From Carcharhinus amblyrhynchos (lineage: Eukaryota), in assembly GCA_965287045.1 (NCBI GenBank), contig OZ336879.1:32054001-32118000 (forward strand): a stretch of DNA of 64,000 nt, in the 5' to 3' direction. The translations under genes and the position numbers were made by a program. This document shows positions 1-12,526 of the stretch, piece after piece. Below the pieces are notes generated by a model that had not been told where the DNA came from, searched no databases, and worked only from the letters and a program-made list of their open reading frames with translations. Each line of letters opens with the position of its first letter. Within the stretch, counting starts at the first letter, position 1.

Positions 1-560
1 GAAAGGAGGATATGTTGAATTGACCTCAGTTGGAATACTGTGGACAGTTCTGGGCACCACACAATAGAATGGATGTGAACATTGGAGAGAGTGCATAAAA
101 GGTTTACAAGAATGGTTCCAGGGTGATGAACGTCAGTTATGAGGATTGATTGGAGAAGTTGGGATTATTCCCTTTGGAAAGAAGAAGACAAAGAGGAGAG
201 CTGATAGAGAAGTTCAAAATCATGAGAGATGTTGGACAGAGTAGAAAGAGAGAAACTGTTCCTCTTATAAAAGGATAAAGAATGATTTAAAGTGATTTGC
301 AAAAGAAGCAAAAGTGATACAAGAAAAATTGTCACACAATGAGTGGTTTGGGTAGCAAAATCACTGTCTGGAAATGTGGTGAAGGCAGGTTCAATCAAGA
401 CATTCAAGAGGAGTTTAGATGATTATTTGAATAGAAACAATGTGCAGGAGCATGGGGAGAAGGCAGGGGAAATGGCACTAAGTCAAGATGCTCATTTGGA
501 GAGCTGATACAAACATGATGGGCTAAATAGCCTTTTTCTGCACCATAGTAATTCTGTGAT
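1..560 (+). mobile_element. CR1 LINE 3' fragment (decayed)
   Basis: cctcagttggaatactgtg (PQLEYC), LERV.KRFTRMVP-like sequence and CR1 3' UTR ending attctgtgattct. Confidence 0.75.
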
Positions 561-629
561 TCTAAATAACAGAAGTGGGAATGTTCATTGATGATTGCAC
601 ATTGTTCAGTACTGTTTGAGACCCCTAAG

Positions 630-1440
630 TACTGAAGCTGTCTATTTCCAAAATATGGATAATATTCAGACTTGGGCTGATAAATGACAAGTAATATTCG
701 CACCACATAAGTGTCAGACAATGGTCATCTCCAACAAAAATAATCCAGCCATCTTCCCTTGATATTTAATGCTATTATTATTGCTGAATTCCCCATTATA
801 AATGTTCTCGGGGAGCTTCCATTGTCCAGAAACTGAACTGGACCAGCCACATAATACTATGGCTACAAGAGCAGGTCAGAGGCATGGAATTATGCACTTC
901 CTGATTCCCCAAATCCTGATCACTATTTGCAAGGTACAAGCCAGGAGTGTGATGAGATGTTCTCCACTTGCCTGGACAAATGTACTCCAACAACACTCAA
1001 AAGGTTTGACACCCTCCAGGACAAAGCTTGATTGACTACGTTCAGCATCCATTCTCTGCACCATGAATGCACAATGACAACAGTGTGCATCATCTACTGG
1101 ATGCAGGGCAGCAACTCATCAAGGTTCTTTGTCAGTTCCTTCCAACTCCACAATCTTTACCACTAAGACAGGCAAAGATGCAGATGCTTAGGAACACCAC
1201 CACTTGGAAGTTTCCTCTAAGTCATACACTATTCTGACTTGGAACTAGATTGCCACTCCTCCACTGTTGTTGGTTATAATACCTAGAACTCTTTTCCTAC
1301 CAGCACCGTGGATGTTCCTACAACATGTGGACCATGATGGTTGAAGGCAGCAGCTCATCACCATCTTCTCAAGGGCAATGAGGGTTGGGTAATAACTGCC
1401 CATTTAGCCAGCAGCTCTTAAATCCCATGAATGAATAATG
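630..1440 (+). mobile_element. LINE 3' fragment, second CR1-group family
   Basis: ATRAGQR..I and CKVQARSVMRCSPLAW motifs; 3' end aagggcaatgagggttgggtaataa...atgaatgaat. Confidence 0.7.
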
Positions 1441-1554
1441 CTAACAAAAATCTTCACAATAAGTGGGCTTTCCTTCAATTGCCTAGGTCCTAAGCTCTGG
1501 AATTCCTTTCCTATACATCTCTGTTTCTCTGGTTCACTTTCATCCTGCTAGATG

Positions 1555-2180
1555 GGAAGATAGGAAATGTAACATTGCTATTCAAGAAAGGAGGGAGAGG
1601 GAAAACAGGTAACCATAGATCAGTTTTTCAAGCATCACTTATCAGGATAGCACTGAAATCCATTATTAAGGAAGTCTTAACAATACATTTGGAAAAGTAG
1701 CCTGGTTAGAACAAGTCAACACTATTGTTACAGAAGGAAATCTTGTTTGATAAATTTATTTGACTTTTTTGAGGGTGTTACTGGTAGCATAGAAAAAAGG
1801 GGATGAATATATTTGTATTTCCAAAAGGCATTTAATAAGGTGCCACACAAATGGCGAATATAGACGATAGAACTCATGGAGTTGGGGGTGATATATTAGC
1901 TTGGATGGGTTAATGGACAAGAAGCAGACTGTATTTTCAAGTTGGTAGGCTGTGACAAATGGAGGGCCACAAGGATCAATGCTGGGTCCTCGTTATTTAT
2001 AATCTTTACTAATCATTTAGATGAAGGTAGAGTGATGTATCTACATTCGTTGATGATGCAAAGCTAAGTGGAGATGCAAGTTATGATGAGGACATAATGA
2101 AGGTGCAGGGAAATAGTGTGTGTAATTTTGATCTCCATATTTAAAGGAAGGATACATTTGCATTGGAGGCGGTGCAACAA
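1555..2180 (+). mobile_element. CR1 LINE RT fragment (decayed)
   Basis: LFKKGGRGKTGNHR, FQKAFNKVPH, GPQGSMLGP and FVDDAKL motifs with frameshifts. Confidence 0.75.
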
Positions 2181-3320
2181 AGGTTCTTCTTTCCACAGTT
2201 GTGTCAGCTACAATGGGACATCATTGGAGGTTTTCACATTCAGTAGCATGGTGAAGCAGGGCTGCATCCTGGAGCCAACACTCTTTGGCACATCTTCCTC
2301 CATGCTGCTATTGCATACTTACCTCAATTCAAATGAAGATGTGTACCTGCATGCCAGAGTTGATGGCAAGCTGTTCACCTTGGCAAGATTGTATGCCAAA
2401 ACCAAAATGCAGACACACTGTTTCGCTGATGAAGCCATGCTGGCATCTTGCACTGAAATCAACTTGAAACAGTTTATAGATCAGATCTCTGGGCTGCAAG
2501 GAGTTTGGACTGCATCAGTGTCAGAAAGACCAACATTTTGGGCGAGGATATACATCAACAGCTGGATCTCTGGAGGCTGTCGGCAGCTTCAATGTCTTAG
2601 ATCACCAATTAGCGGTAACCTGCCCTTTGATGTTGAAATCAACACCAGGATTGCCAAGGCTGTCATACCAGAGTTGACAGGTTAAGTGTGGATCATTAGC
2701 AAACTAACTATGTTCTCAGCACCCTCCTTTACAATAGTGAGGCACGGATAACTTATACAAGCCAAGAAAAGCGGCTAAACAGCTTCAACCTTCGCTACCT
2801 TAGATGAATATTGGGAACCTCCAGGCAAGACAGATTGGCAAATACAGAAGTACTCCAGGGTGCAGGGGTCCCCAATATGTTTGCTGTCTCGAGTCAGTGG
2901 CAACTCTATTATCTGGATCATGTGAGCCAAATGGATGACAGCCACATCACCTAACAGATGCTCCATGGCGTGCTTACTACAGGCACAAGACCAATAGATT
3001 GCCATGTCTGTGATACAAGGAAGTGAGACATCAAGTTGATTGAAAGTGGAGACTATGCATGAGAAATCTTTGCTGCTGACCTGAGTGCCTGGAGGTAAGC
3101 AGTGAAGAAAGACGTGGAAGAATCACAGAGTAAAAGAAATGACCAGATGGTGAAAAAAGAGCCCATAGGAAGAAAATAATATCAGTCAATGCTGCTCATT
3201 TGTGCCGGCTGCAGAAAGAACTACCACTTGGCCACTACAGCAATAACAAGTGATGTTTAATACAGAAGTGTGTACACACACGGTGCACAGGCCATCATCT
3301 CCCGAGATGGATGAACGCCT
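2181..3320 (+). mobile_element. RTE-clade LINE 3' fragment
   Basis: ORF 2116-2685 contains VKQGCILEPTLFG, DGKLFTLARLYAKTK, FADEA and DVEINTRIAKA, typical of RTE reverse transcriptase. Confidence 0.8.
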
Positions 3321-3480
3321 AACTCACTAATAGAAACAACTGTGTTTGTATTCTCTGGAAACTTTTGTTGAGTAGATGTAATGAACCATGCATATCACAG
3401 AGTTAAAAACATTTTACCGAATGAACCTTAGGTGCAGGCAAATTATTACAATGTGTTGCTTCATAAGAACTTTAGCATTG

Positions 3481-3753
3481 AATCACAGAATCCTACAATG
3501 CAGAAGGTGGCTTTTCGACCCATCGAGTCTGCACTGACCACAATCCCATCCAGGCCCGATCCCCATAACACCATATATTTATTCTAGCTAGTCCCCCTGA
3601 CACTAAAGGGATAATTTAGAATTGTCAATTCACCGAACACTTTAGACTGTGGGGAAAACTGGAGGACCTGGAGGAAACCCACACAAACACGGGGAGAACA
3701 TGCAGACTCTGCACAGACAGTAACCCAAGCCAGGAATCGAATCCAGGTCCCGG
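3481..3753 (-). mobile_element. HE1-type V-SINE
   Basis: Reverse complement of the shark SINE body (ggaggaaacccac...catgcagactctgcacagacag). Confidence 0.8.
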
Positions 3754-4444
3754 GTCCACATATAGCTAACTGTAGCTCATATATCCATGTTGCTATATGT
3801 ATTTACGCTAAGCTCTGATGACAAACTTTCAATGTAACACTCCATTAATGCTCCAGTTAGAAATGACAGTTTTCTATACTGTCTGCAAATTCCCAGGATT
3901 AGTCGAAAAGCTACAACTCATTGCCTGAATCCCATTGTACTTTCAGCTAAATGCCGAGCAGTTTATTGGGTTCAAGCCCGAAATATGAAAGATTAAGCTG
4001 TAGTGACTTTCCTTGAAAGTTACAGGAAATTATAACTGAGATGAGGTGCAAACATGTTGCCTGGGATTTTATACCTGTGGCAAATGGCAACATGGGTGCA
4101 AAATTTCAGGAGGCAATTATCACCAGCCCTCCCATTGACATAACAAGGTTCATGCCCAGGAAGATTGGAACCTTGTTTAAATATATTTCCATTTAATTAG
4201 TGGGCTTCCCTGCTGTATGGTCCCCCACATTGGGATCGCACCCCTTACTGATGTGAAAAATATGCATGTTGGGAGGATGGGGTTGCCTGTATGCGTGTTA
4301 TGGGATCTTCAATAATGGCACCCCACCCTGTGGCTTTTTTAGGCCCCACTTTGCCATGTTATCTCTAATTCCACCAGTTATCTCTAATTTACTACAAATT
4401 TTGAAGTAAAATACATAGCAGTGACATAAGCCTATCAAGAGTAA

Positions 4445-4598
4445 CAGAGTGGTATTGTTACTGGGTTAGCAATTCAGAGACTCAGGGTAAAGCTCTGAAG
4501 ACCCAGGTTCGAATCCCACCACGCAGATGGTGACATCTGAATTCAATGAAACAAAAATCTGGAATTAAAAGTCCAATGACGGCCATAAAACATTTGTC
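4445..4598 (+). mobile_element. tRNA-derived SINE 5' part
   Basis: gtggtattgttactggg...ggttcgaatcccacc (B box)...aaaatctggaattaaaag; interrupted by the HE1 copy. Confidence 0.6.
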
Positions 4599-4600
4599 TA

Positions 4601-4940
4601 GGGCGACACAGTAGAACAGTGGTTAGCACTGCTGCTCCACAGCTCCAGGAACCTGGGTTCAATTCCCGGCTTGGGTCACTGTCTGTGTGGAGTTTGCACA
4701 TTCTCCTTGTGTCTGCATGGATTTCCTCCGGGTGCTCCGGTTTCCTCCTACAGTTCAAAGATGTGCGGGTTAGGTTGATTGGCCATGCTAAAAATTGCCC
4801 TTAGTGTCCTGAGATGCGTGGGTTAGAGGGATTAATGGGTAAATATGTAGGGATATGGAGGTAGGGCCCGGGTGGGATTGTGGTTGGTGCAGATTTGATG
4901 GGCCAAATGGCCTCTTTCTGTACTGTAGGGTTTCTATGAT
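4601..4940 (+). mobile_element. HE1-type V-SINE, full length
   Basis: A/B boxes (gtggttagc, gggttcaattcc), V-domain tgtgtggagtttgcacattctcc...ggtttcctcc, CR1-like tail ctgtagggtttctatgat. Confidence 0.9.
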
Positions 4941-4958
4941 CACATAAACATTTTATTA

Positions 4959-5995
4959 GTGGACTAGTGGAGTGCCCCAGGGGTCGGTGCTGGAGCCTCA
5001 GCTTTTTACCATTTATATAGATGACCTGGAGGAGGGAACCGAGTGTAGAGTGTCGAAATTTGCTGATGACACCAAGATTGGGGGAACGGCAAATTGTGCG
5101 GAGGGTGTGGAGAGTCTGCAGAAGGATCTAGATAGGCTGGGCGAATGGGCCAGGAAATGGCAAATGGAATTTAATGTTGGCAAGTGTGAGGTGGTCCACT
5201 TTGATAGGAAGAATGGTAGGAAGGACTATTACTTACGGGGCGAAAAACTGCAGCAGGCGACGGTGCAGAGGGACCTCGGGGTCCTTGTGCATGAGTCGCA
5301 AAAACCCAGCTTGCAGGTGCAGCAGGTGGTCAGGAAGGCGAATGGGATGCTGGCCTTCATAGCGAGGGGGATTGAATATAAAAGTAGGGAGGTCTTGCCG
5401 CAGCTGTATAGGGCATTGGTGAGGCCGCAACTGGAGTACTGTGTGCATTTTTGGGCGCCGCACCTGCGCAAAGATATTTTGGCCTTGGAGGGAGTGCAGA
5501 GGAGGTTTACTAGGCTGATACCGAGTTGAGGGGGTTGAGCTATGAGGAGAGGCTGAATAAACTGGGCTTGTACTCGTTAGAGTTTAGAAGAATGAGAGGA
5601 GATCTCATTGAGACGTATAAGATGATGAATGGGATGGATAGGATAGAGGTGGAAAGACTCTTCCCGCTCAAAAAAGACAATAGGACTAGGGGGCACAGCC
5701 TCAAGATAAAAGGGGGGCGGTTTAGAACGGAGTTGAGGAGGAACTTCTTCACTCAAAGGGTGGTGAATCTCTAGAATTCTCTGCCCGTTGAAGTGGTGGA
5801 GGCTGCCTCGCTAAATATTTTTAAGACGCGGGTTGATGGGTTTTTGATAGGAGAGGGGATTAAGGGTTATGGGGAGAGGGCGGGAAAGTGGAACTGAGTA
5901 GCGACAGATCAGCCATGATCTTATTGAATGGCGGGGCAGGCTCGAAGGGCTGGATGGCCTACTCCTGCTCCTATTTCTTATGTTCTTATGTTCTT
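4959..5995 (+). mobile_element. Young 5'-truncated CR1 LINE (subfamily A)
   Basis: PQGSVL.PQLFTIYIDDL, KFADDTK and RPQLEYCV; one frameshift near 5525 and a TAG at 5772; (TTCTTATG)n tail; CpG-rich. Confidence 0.95.
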
Positions 5996-6944
5996 ATTAA
6001 TGATCTGGATGAGGGTATAGTTGGGTGGATTAGTAAATTTGCTGATGACACCAAAGTCGGAGGTGTGGTAGATTGTGAGGAAGGGTGTCATAGTTTGCAG
6101 GGAGACTTAGACAGGTTGCAGAGCTGGGCCGAGAGGTGGCGGATGGAGTTTAATGCGGAGAAGTGTGAGGTAATTCACTTTGGTAGGAATAACAGATGTG
6201 TCGAGTATAGGGCTAACGGGAGGACTTTGAATAGTGTGGATGAACAGAGGGATCTAGGTGTATGTGTACATAGATCCCTGAAAGTTGGGAATCAAGTAGA
6301 TAAGGTTGTTAAGAAGGCATACGGTGTCTTGGCGTTTATTGGTAGAGGGATTGAATTTAGGAGTCGCAGCATCATGTTGCAACTGTACACAACTCTGGTG
6401 CGGCCGCACTTGGAGTACTGTGTGCAGTTCTGGTCCCCACATTACAGGAAGGATGTGGAGGCTTTGGAGAGGGTGCAGAGTAGGTTTACCAGGATGTTGC
6501 CTGGTATGGAGGGGAGGTCCTATGAGGAGAGACTGAGGGATTTGGGGTTGTTTTCGCTAGAAAGAAGGCGGCTAAGAGGGGATCTTATTGAAACATATAA
6601 GATGATTAGAGGTTTAGATAGGGTGGACAGTGATAGCCTTTTTCCTCGGATGGAGAAAGCTAGCACGAGGGGGCATGGCTTTAAATTAAGGGGGGCTTTA
6701 AATTAATAGGACAGATGTCAGGGGTAGGTTCTTTACCCAGAGGGTGGTGAGGGATTGGAATGCCCTGCCTGCTGCAGTTGTAAATGCGCCTAGTTTGGGG
6801 GCGTTTAAGAGATCCGTGGATAGGTTTATGGATGAAAAGGGATTGGTTTAGGTTAGTGGGTCATTGTTTTTTAACTGGTCGGCGCAACATCGTGGGCCGA
6901 AGGGCCTGTTCTGCGCTGTAGTGTTCTATGTTCTATGTTCTATG
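5996..6944 (+). mobile_element. Young 5'-truncated CR1 LINE (subfamily B)
   Basis: INDLDEG..KFADDTKVGG..RPHLEYCVQFWSP; (TTCTATG)n tail. Confidence 0.95.
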
Positions 6945-7409
6945 TAAACAAGAGTTATAGCTCTATAATTCAATATCCTTCATTTGCTTGATTGAAATCG
7001 AGCCCCATATGTTCTATCTATACATGACACAGAGCTGCGCTCATCAGTTACTTCAAGTCAGTTGCATGCAAGAGGTAAAGATATCAGTCGGCCTTAAATA
7101 GACTAAACCAAGCTGCTGTATACACAATTAAATATGTATCATTTACTTCAGACAACAGATAAGAACATGGAATTGTACTGGGACCTATATTGGTTGAAAG
7201 CATAGAACAATGGCAATGGTATGATATTAGTGATATTACACAAGGAACTCAATGGAAGCAGGGCTTTACTGGTTTAGGAAGGAACTGGTCCTAAAAGGTA
7301 AGTGATCCAATAGGAAGCCAGTGACAGAAAAGTTCACAAGTGGATTGGTGACACAGGAATTGCAACAAAACAGGTCAGAAAAATAATTTTGTGAAAGATA
7401 AAAAAGCTT

Positions 7410-8370
7410 ATGCTCAGAGGCTTGGAATTCTGTAGTGAGTAACACACCTCCTGACTCTCCAAAGCCTGTCCACTATCTACAAACTATAAGTCTAGAATGT
7501 GATGGAATACTTTTCACCTGCTCCAACAACACTTATGAAACTTTACACCATCCAGGACAAAGCAACCTACTTGATTTGCACCCTTTCCACCAGCATATCA
7601 CACCCTCCACATATAACCACTGACTCAAGAATAGCTTTTTCCCTGCTGCCATCAGATTTTTGAATGGTCCTGTCAAATATTAAGCTGGTCTTTCTCTTCA
7701 TCCTATCGGTAACTGCAAGATTATATTCTGCACTCCCTCCTTTCTTTCTCCCCTATGTACTATGTTTTGTCCGTATAGCTTGTATCTGCGTGGGTTTCCT
7801 TCGGGTGCTCTGGTTTCCTCCCACAGTCTGAAAGATGTGCTGGTAAGGTGCATTGACCCAAAAAAGGTGCTGGAGTTGGCAATTAGGGGAATTTCACAGT
7901 AACTTTGTTGCAGTGTTAATGTAAGCCTTACTTGTAACTAACAAATAAATTTTTAACTTTGCAAAAAACAAGTTTTCATTGCACTGCAATACATGTGACA
8001 ATAATAAATCAATTAATGAAACTCAGTATGGAACATAAAAAAAATGCACTGTGGTAACTCAGCACAGCTCCTTCAACAACACCTTTCAAACATGTGACCT
8101 CTACCACCTAGAAAAGCAAGGGCAACAGACACCTTGGAACATCACCACCTGCAAGAACTCCTCCAAATCACTCACTACCCTGACTTAGAACCATATTGCT
8201 GTTCCTTTGCTGCTGCTCAGTCAAAATAATAGAACCTCATTCCTAAAAGTACTGCAGATGGATCAATACTAGATGGACTGCAGCAGTTCAAAATGGCAGC
8301 TCATCATCGCCTTCACAAAGGCAATTAGGAATCGAGCAACAAAATGAGCATGGACTGTGGCATAAATGGC
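7410..8370 (+). mobile_element. Nested LINE fragments (second CR1-group family interrupted by a Rex1 3' end and a SINE)
   Basis: ctcctgactctccaaagcctgtccactatctac and 3' aagggcaattaggg. Rex1 tail ~7620-8010 matches 53490-53709; SINE piece ~7781-7960. Confidence 0.65.
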
Positions 8371-8780
8371 TTTCTATTCTGCATGCTTTGGAGGTATTTT
8401 GTGAGTATAGAGAAAAAAATGTCTTGCACCATTTCCACATTCTTTTCCCGCTCAAAATGGACCCTGGGGACTTATATTCCCAACCATCACCCCAAGTCCC
8501 AAATGTTGGACTATGATTAAAATAGTGACACAGTGTGAACCTTGGGTTCAATCCTTTAATGTGGAATAGGAGGGAAAAGGCAAGTTTCCAATTTGATGTA
8601 ACAGGTGATTTGAGCTGTATTCTGTTAGTAGAAAGATCCACATCATTTCATTTCCTTGGACCCTCTGACATTCTTTTAAGTGTAAGATCCCACACACACT
8701 CTTTTACATGAATAAAAGAGGCAATTACAAACTCAAAAAAACTGTTGCAGCTGAACTACAATCACTGAAGTAATAATCAT

Positions 8781-8937
8781 TGTAATATGCCTTTGAGGGA
8801 TAGCAGTATGCCGTCATATTAAAGGAAGTGTGTCATGTGATCCAGAAAGGGGGCTTTTACAATATACCTGAGGCTGGATCACATGACACAATTCCCTTAA
8901 AGTGATGACATGCTGCTATCATTTAAGGTGTATTACA
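8781..8937. repeat. Palindromic MITE-like element with ~65-bp inverted arms
   Basis: Left arm tgtaatatgccttt...tgtgtcatgtgatccag and right arm ctggatcacatgacaca...aaggtgtattaca; loop ~28 nt; TGT...ACA termini. Confidence 0.7.
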
Positions 8938-10854
8938 ACAATAATATCAGTCACATTATTGAACATTTCCTTGTCAGTAAACCATGTAATGTGATTGCAG
9001 GACATTGTTTTGTAAAATGATAATAGCCCTTTGTCACAGTTTTCAACTGTGATGTGCTTGAGGTTTGTACAACCAAATCCATTAAATTATTAATCTAACT
9101 AATCCAATAGTATAAATCCAGATAATCTATGAGATGGCAGTTGGAAATAATAATTTTGTTTTAAATGGCCACACTAATGCATTACTACTAATAGTGAAAA
9201 CAATTATAATCGGTAAATATATTTGCTATTTAGCCAATGCTGTGAAAGCCCAGTCTGAGTTCTTAAGGCCCACCTCTTAATTAATTTTGGTGATGCGTAA
9301 AACCATTATGAATTCTTAAAGGCCATTTCATCGTTGAATTAATTTTGTCAAATGAAGCCTGCGACTTTAATTAATCTTGACAATCTACAAGACCGCTTGG
9401 AATTCATTAACCCCAGTGTCTTTAATTCATTCTGCTGATATGTAAGAATATTTTGAATTATTCAAGTTCACCTACTTATTTAATTAATTTTGACAAGCTT
9501 CTTCACGACTTATTTAAATGCCATTTCTGTCTTCAATCAATTTATTTGCTTGAGCTCCTAACAATTCTGGGTAAGACCACTTTAACTTCGTCAGTGTCTC
9601 CTCCTTTATTTCATTAATTTATCTGAAATCAATCTTTATTTAATGAATTTAGTAATTGCTGGCTGTGTGTCCTGTTTTATTGGAAAGATTTACTCTGATC
9701 CTCATTCAGTGAAAGACTGTTTTATCTGCTCCATTTCAAGTTGTATTTACTTAATTAATTTGTTACCATTTCCTTTTATTCTCTGCAAGTAATTTCTAAT
9801 TCCTGCAGCCTAACTGCTTAATTAATTAATTACTTTGTGATCGCCACATTTCAATTTATTTAATTAAATGTACCTGAATCTTCATTAAAGCCACTTTAAT
9901 TCAGAAAGCTTGCCTGCTGATTTAAATAATTAATACAGAAAATAAGGAGACCACTCAATTACTGCTCTCCCAGAATAATGGGAAAACTTCCAAATTATGT
10001 TCTTCATAGATATGGGCAGTGTGCAACAAATTCCAGCGGCAAAGAGACAGATGTATTGTCAGAGCTGATTAGAAGTGAGAAAATGATCCAAAAGATTCGG
10101 CTGGGGGAATTTCCACAGAGTATTCTGGATTTTTCACTATAACATCAATGGAAAGATTGGAGAAGCGAATTTCTTTAACCAGTTGCACTGTTTCTCCAGA
10201 AATTCAAATGATTTTCTATTGAAGTTGTTGCTTAAATTGAGACAATGCCCACAAAAATTCAGATTTAGGTGAATTACAAGGCTAATCAAAGATACAGGTG
10301 GATTGAATGATAGTTGGTGCTTGCCTTTCAGCATAGCAAAAGACTAGACATTGAATCTTCAGTTTCCTGGTGGCAATATTCATGTACCAGGAGTACATTA
10401 TCAAGGGCTCAGAAACATATGTTTGACATTGTCACCATTAAAATACAGGAATAAACTTGAATTCTCATACTTTGGGCGCTGTGAAATGTGAAATTTATCT
10501 TCATATGTTGTGGCATCAGAAGCAAAATTCTGGTGGTCAGAATTTTTTTTCCCTCTTGCACTTGGAGTAAAATATTATATGGGTTGAACAGGTACAGGAA
10601 AATTAAATGAAATGTTTGGTCATGTGATCTTTCACAGCCAATTTGCCTCCACTTGCTCTTCCCATATTCAAAATCAAAAGAGGGAAAATTAGCTTCATCT
10701 TTACAATTTTGCTGAAAATACTTGCTTCCAGCCTGCTTACTCTGTTGGAACCTCTAAGATTTATGATTTCAGCATTGATAAAGTTAAGATTTGATACCTT
10801 CCATTTGCTTGTTAAAAATGTTCAAATTTGAAAAGCTAAAGATGCAGCAAAATA

Positions 10855-11320
10855 AAATCTTTATGTAACATCCTGCATGACACTGAGATATTTAAAGTGC
10901 TTTACAGCCAATTGGATGTTGTATTAGTCACTAAATGTTGTCGGATTAAAAAATGTCAAATATCCAATCTGATACCCCAAATGGGAAGCTGTATTGTAGA
11001 AGAAGCAAAGAATATTTTTGTACAATTGTGACCAAATGCAAGGGAGTTTCAACAAGCACAATGGAAGCCAAAAGTTTGTGCATCTTCTTTGAGTCAGAAG
11101 TTGCAGAAGTAAGTACAAGAGTGTAATAGTGAGTTTAAATGAGATGAAAGCTGGGTTTCATTGAGAGTAGGTGAGGCTGTGATATGGGTGCACGCTGCAT
11201 GTAATTTGGTTGCAATTACAATACTGACCACACTTCAAAAGTTCTTCAGTGTAAAGCATTTCGGGATTCCTCAGGTTGGGAAAGGTGGTATATAATTGCA
11301 AGTTCCTTTTTTCTTCTTAC
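10855..11320. mobile_element. Two decayed Deu-domain SINE 3' fragments (minus at ~10855-11060, plus at ~11190-11320)
   Basis: aaagtgctttacagccaa and attacaatactgaccacacttcaaaag...tatataattgcaagt match the SacSINE1/AmnSINE-type 3' end. Confidence 0.55.
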
Positions 11321-12526
11321 ATAATGTTGTTGAGGAGGGAGGCACATACTCTTGAGGATTAAAATATTATCTTGAACTCACTCTTAGGTAGTTATATATA
11401 TTTAACTATTTAGCTTATTTATGCGAACATTTGGTGAAATTTCTTGAAGAACAAAATTGGAATTTCACAGCTAAATTAATTTTTACTGAATCATACAACA
11501 GCAGATTAAACAAAATAGGGATAATATTTGAAATACTTGTATTTAGCTGTGGCACACTATGCTGGATTTTTAATATTCACAAAGTGAATTATGTTGTTGT
11601 TGTTGGATTGAAAAGCATCAATTATCCAATCCGATGACCTAAGTGGGAAGCTGCACACAACTGGAGCAGAGGTTGGAGAGACAGCTCCAGCACTGTAACA
11701 CTATCCTTCTGACCAATGGTCCCTTTATGTGTGGCTTTATTCTTCAGCAATAAAATGGGAAAATTTACCTTTTGGCGTTAATAATGGACACATGGGAGTG
11801 AGATTACACTATAGTTATCTAGTGGCAAGGTTCTGATAGCAGCAGCAAAATTCAAATGATGTAAAATTGTACTCGATTTGCAGTGATTAAATTATTAAAA
11901 AAATCACTCTGTGGTATCTACATACATATGTATATACAAAAATTGATGGGCAGCAAAATTCCCTGTGGTCCATCCAATCTACTTCACAAAACTGTGATGG
12001 TGTGGATATATAAAGGAATGCGCTGCCTGAAAGTGGAGCAGATTCAGTACTAATTGCACACATACATGAAAGGGAACAAAAATTGCACGGCTATGAGACA
12101 AAGAGTGGGGAAGCGGGACTATTGGATAGCTCTCAGAGTTGGCACAGGCACAAGGGGCTGAATGGCCTCCTTCTGTGCTCGATTACACCAATGATGACAG
12201 ACTGGATGCACAATTCACTATTTTTATAAGATGCTGTGATGTACCTAAAATACTGCTTATGTTTCGTGACATCACCTTGGTAGCATTATCACTTTATTTT
12301 GCAGCTGGTTACTAGGATTCACTGTTTTCAGGAAATATCGTACAAGTCTCAGTTACAGGAAAAAAAAAGGCAATATGCTGAGAAGGTACATATATTATAG
12401 CCTGGCAGTTAAATCACCCATGACACTACTAAATGTCACATAAATGGACAGATTAATCATGAAGAAGATTTGTCCATTTTAGTCTAATTTTATACTATTC
12501 TCAACGTGAACAATCATTCTTCAAAC

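Noticed and set aside
4619-4804. Recurring short ORFs MVSTAA..LGSLSVWSLHILL (also 32446, 49844)
   Set aside because: Translations of HE1 SINE copies, not genes.
6677-6706. ggctttaaattaa duplication in the CR1 subfamily B copy
   Set aside because: A simple local slippage duplication truncating a dead LINE ORF.
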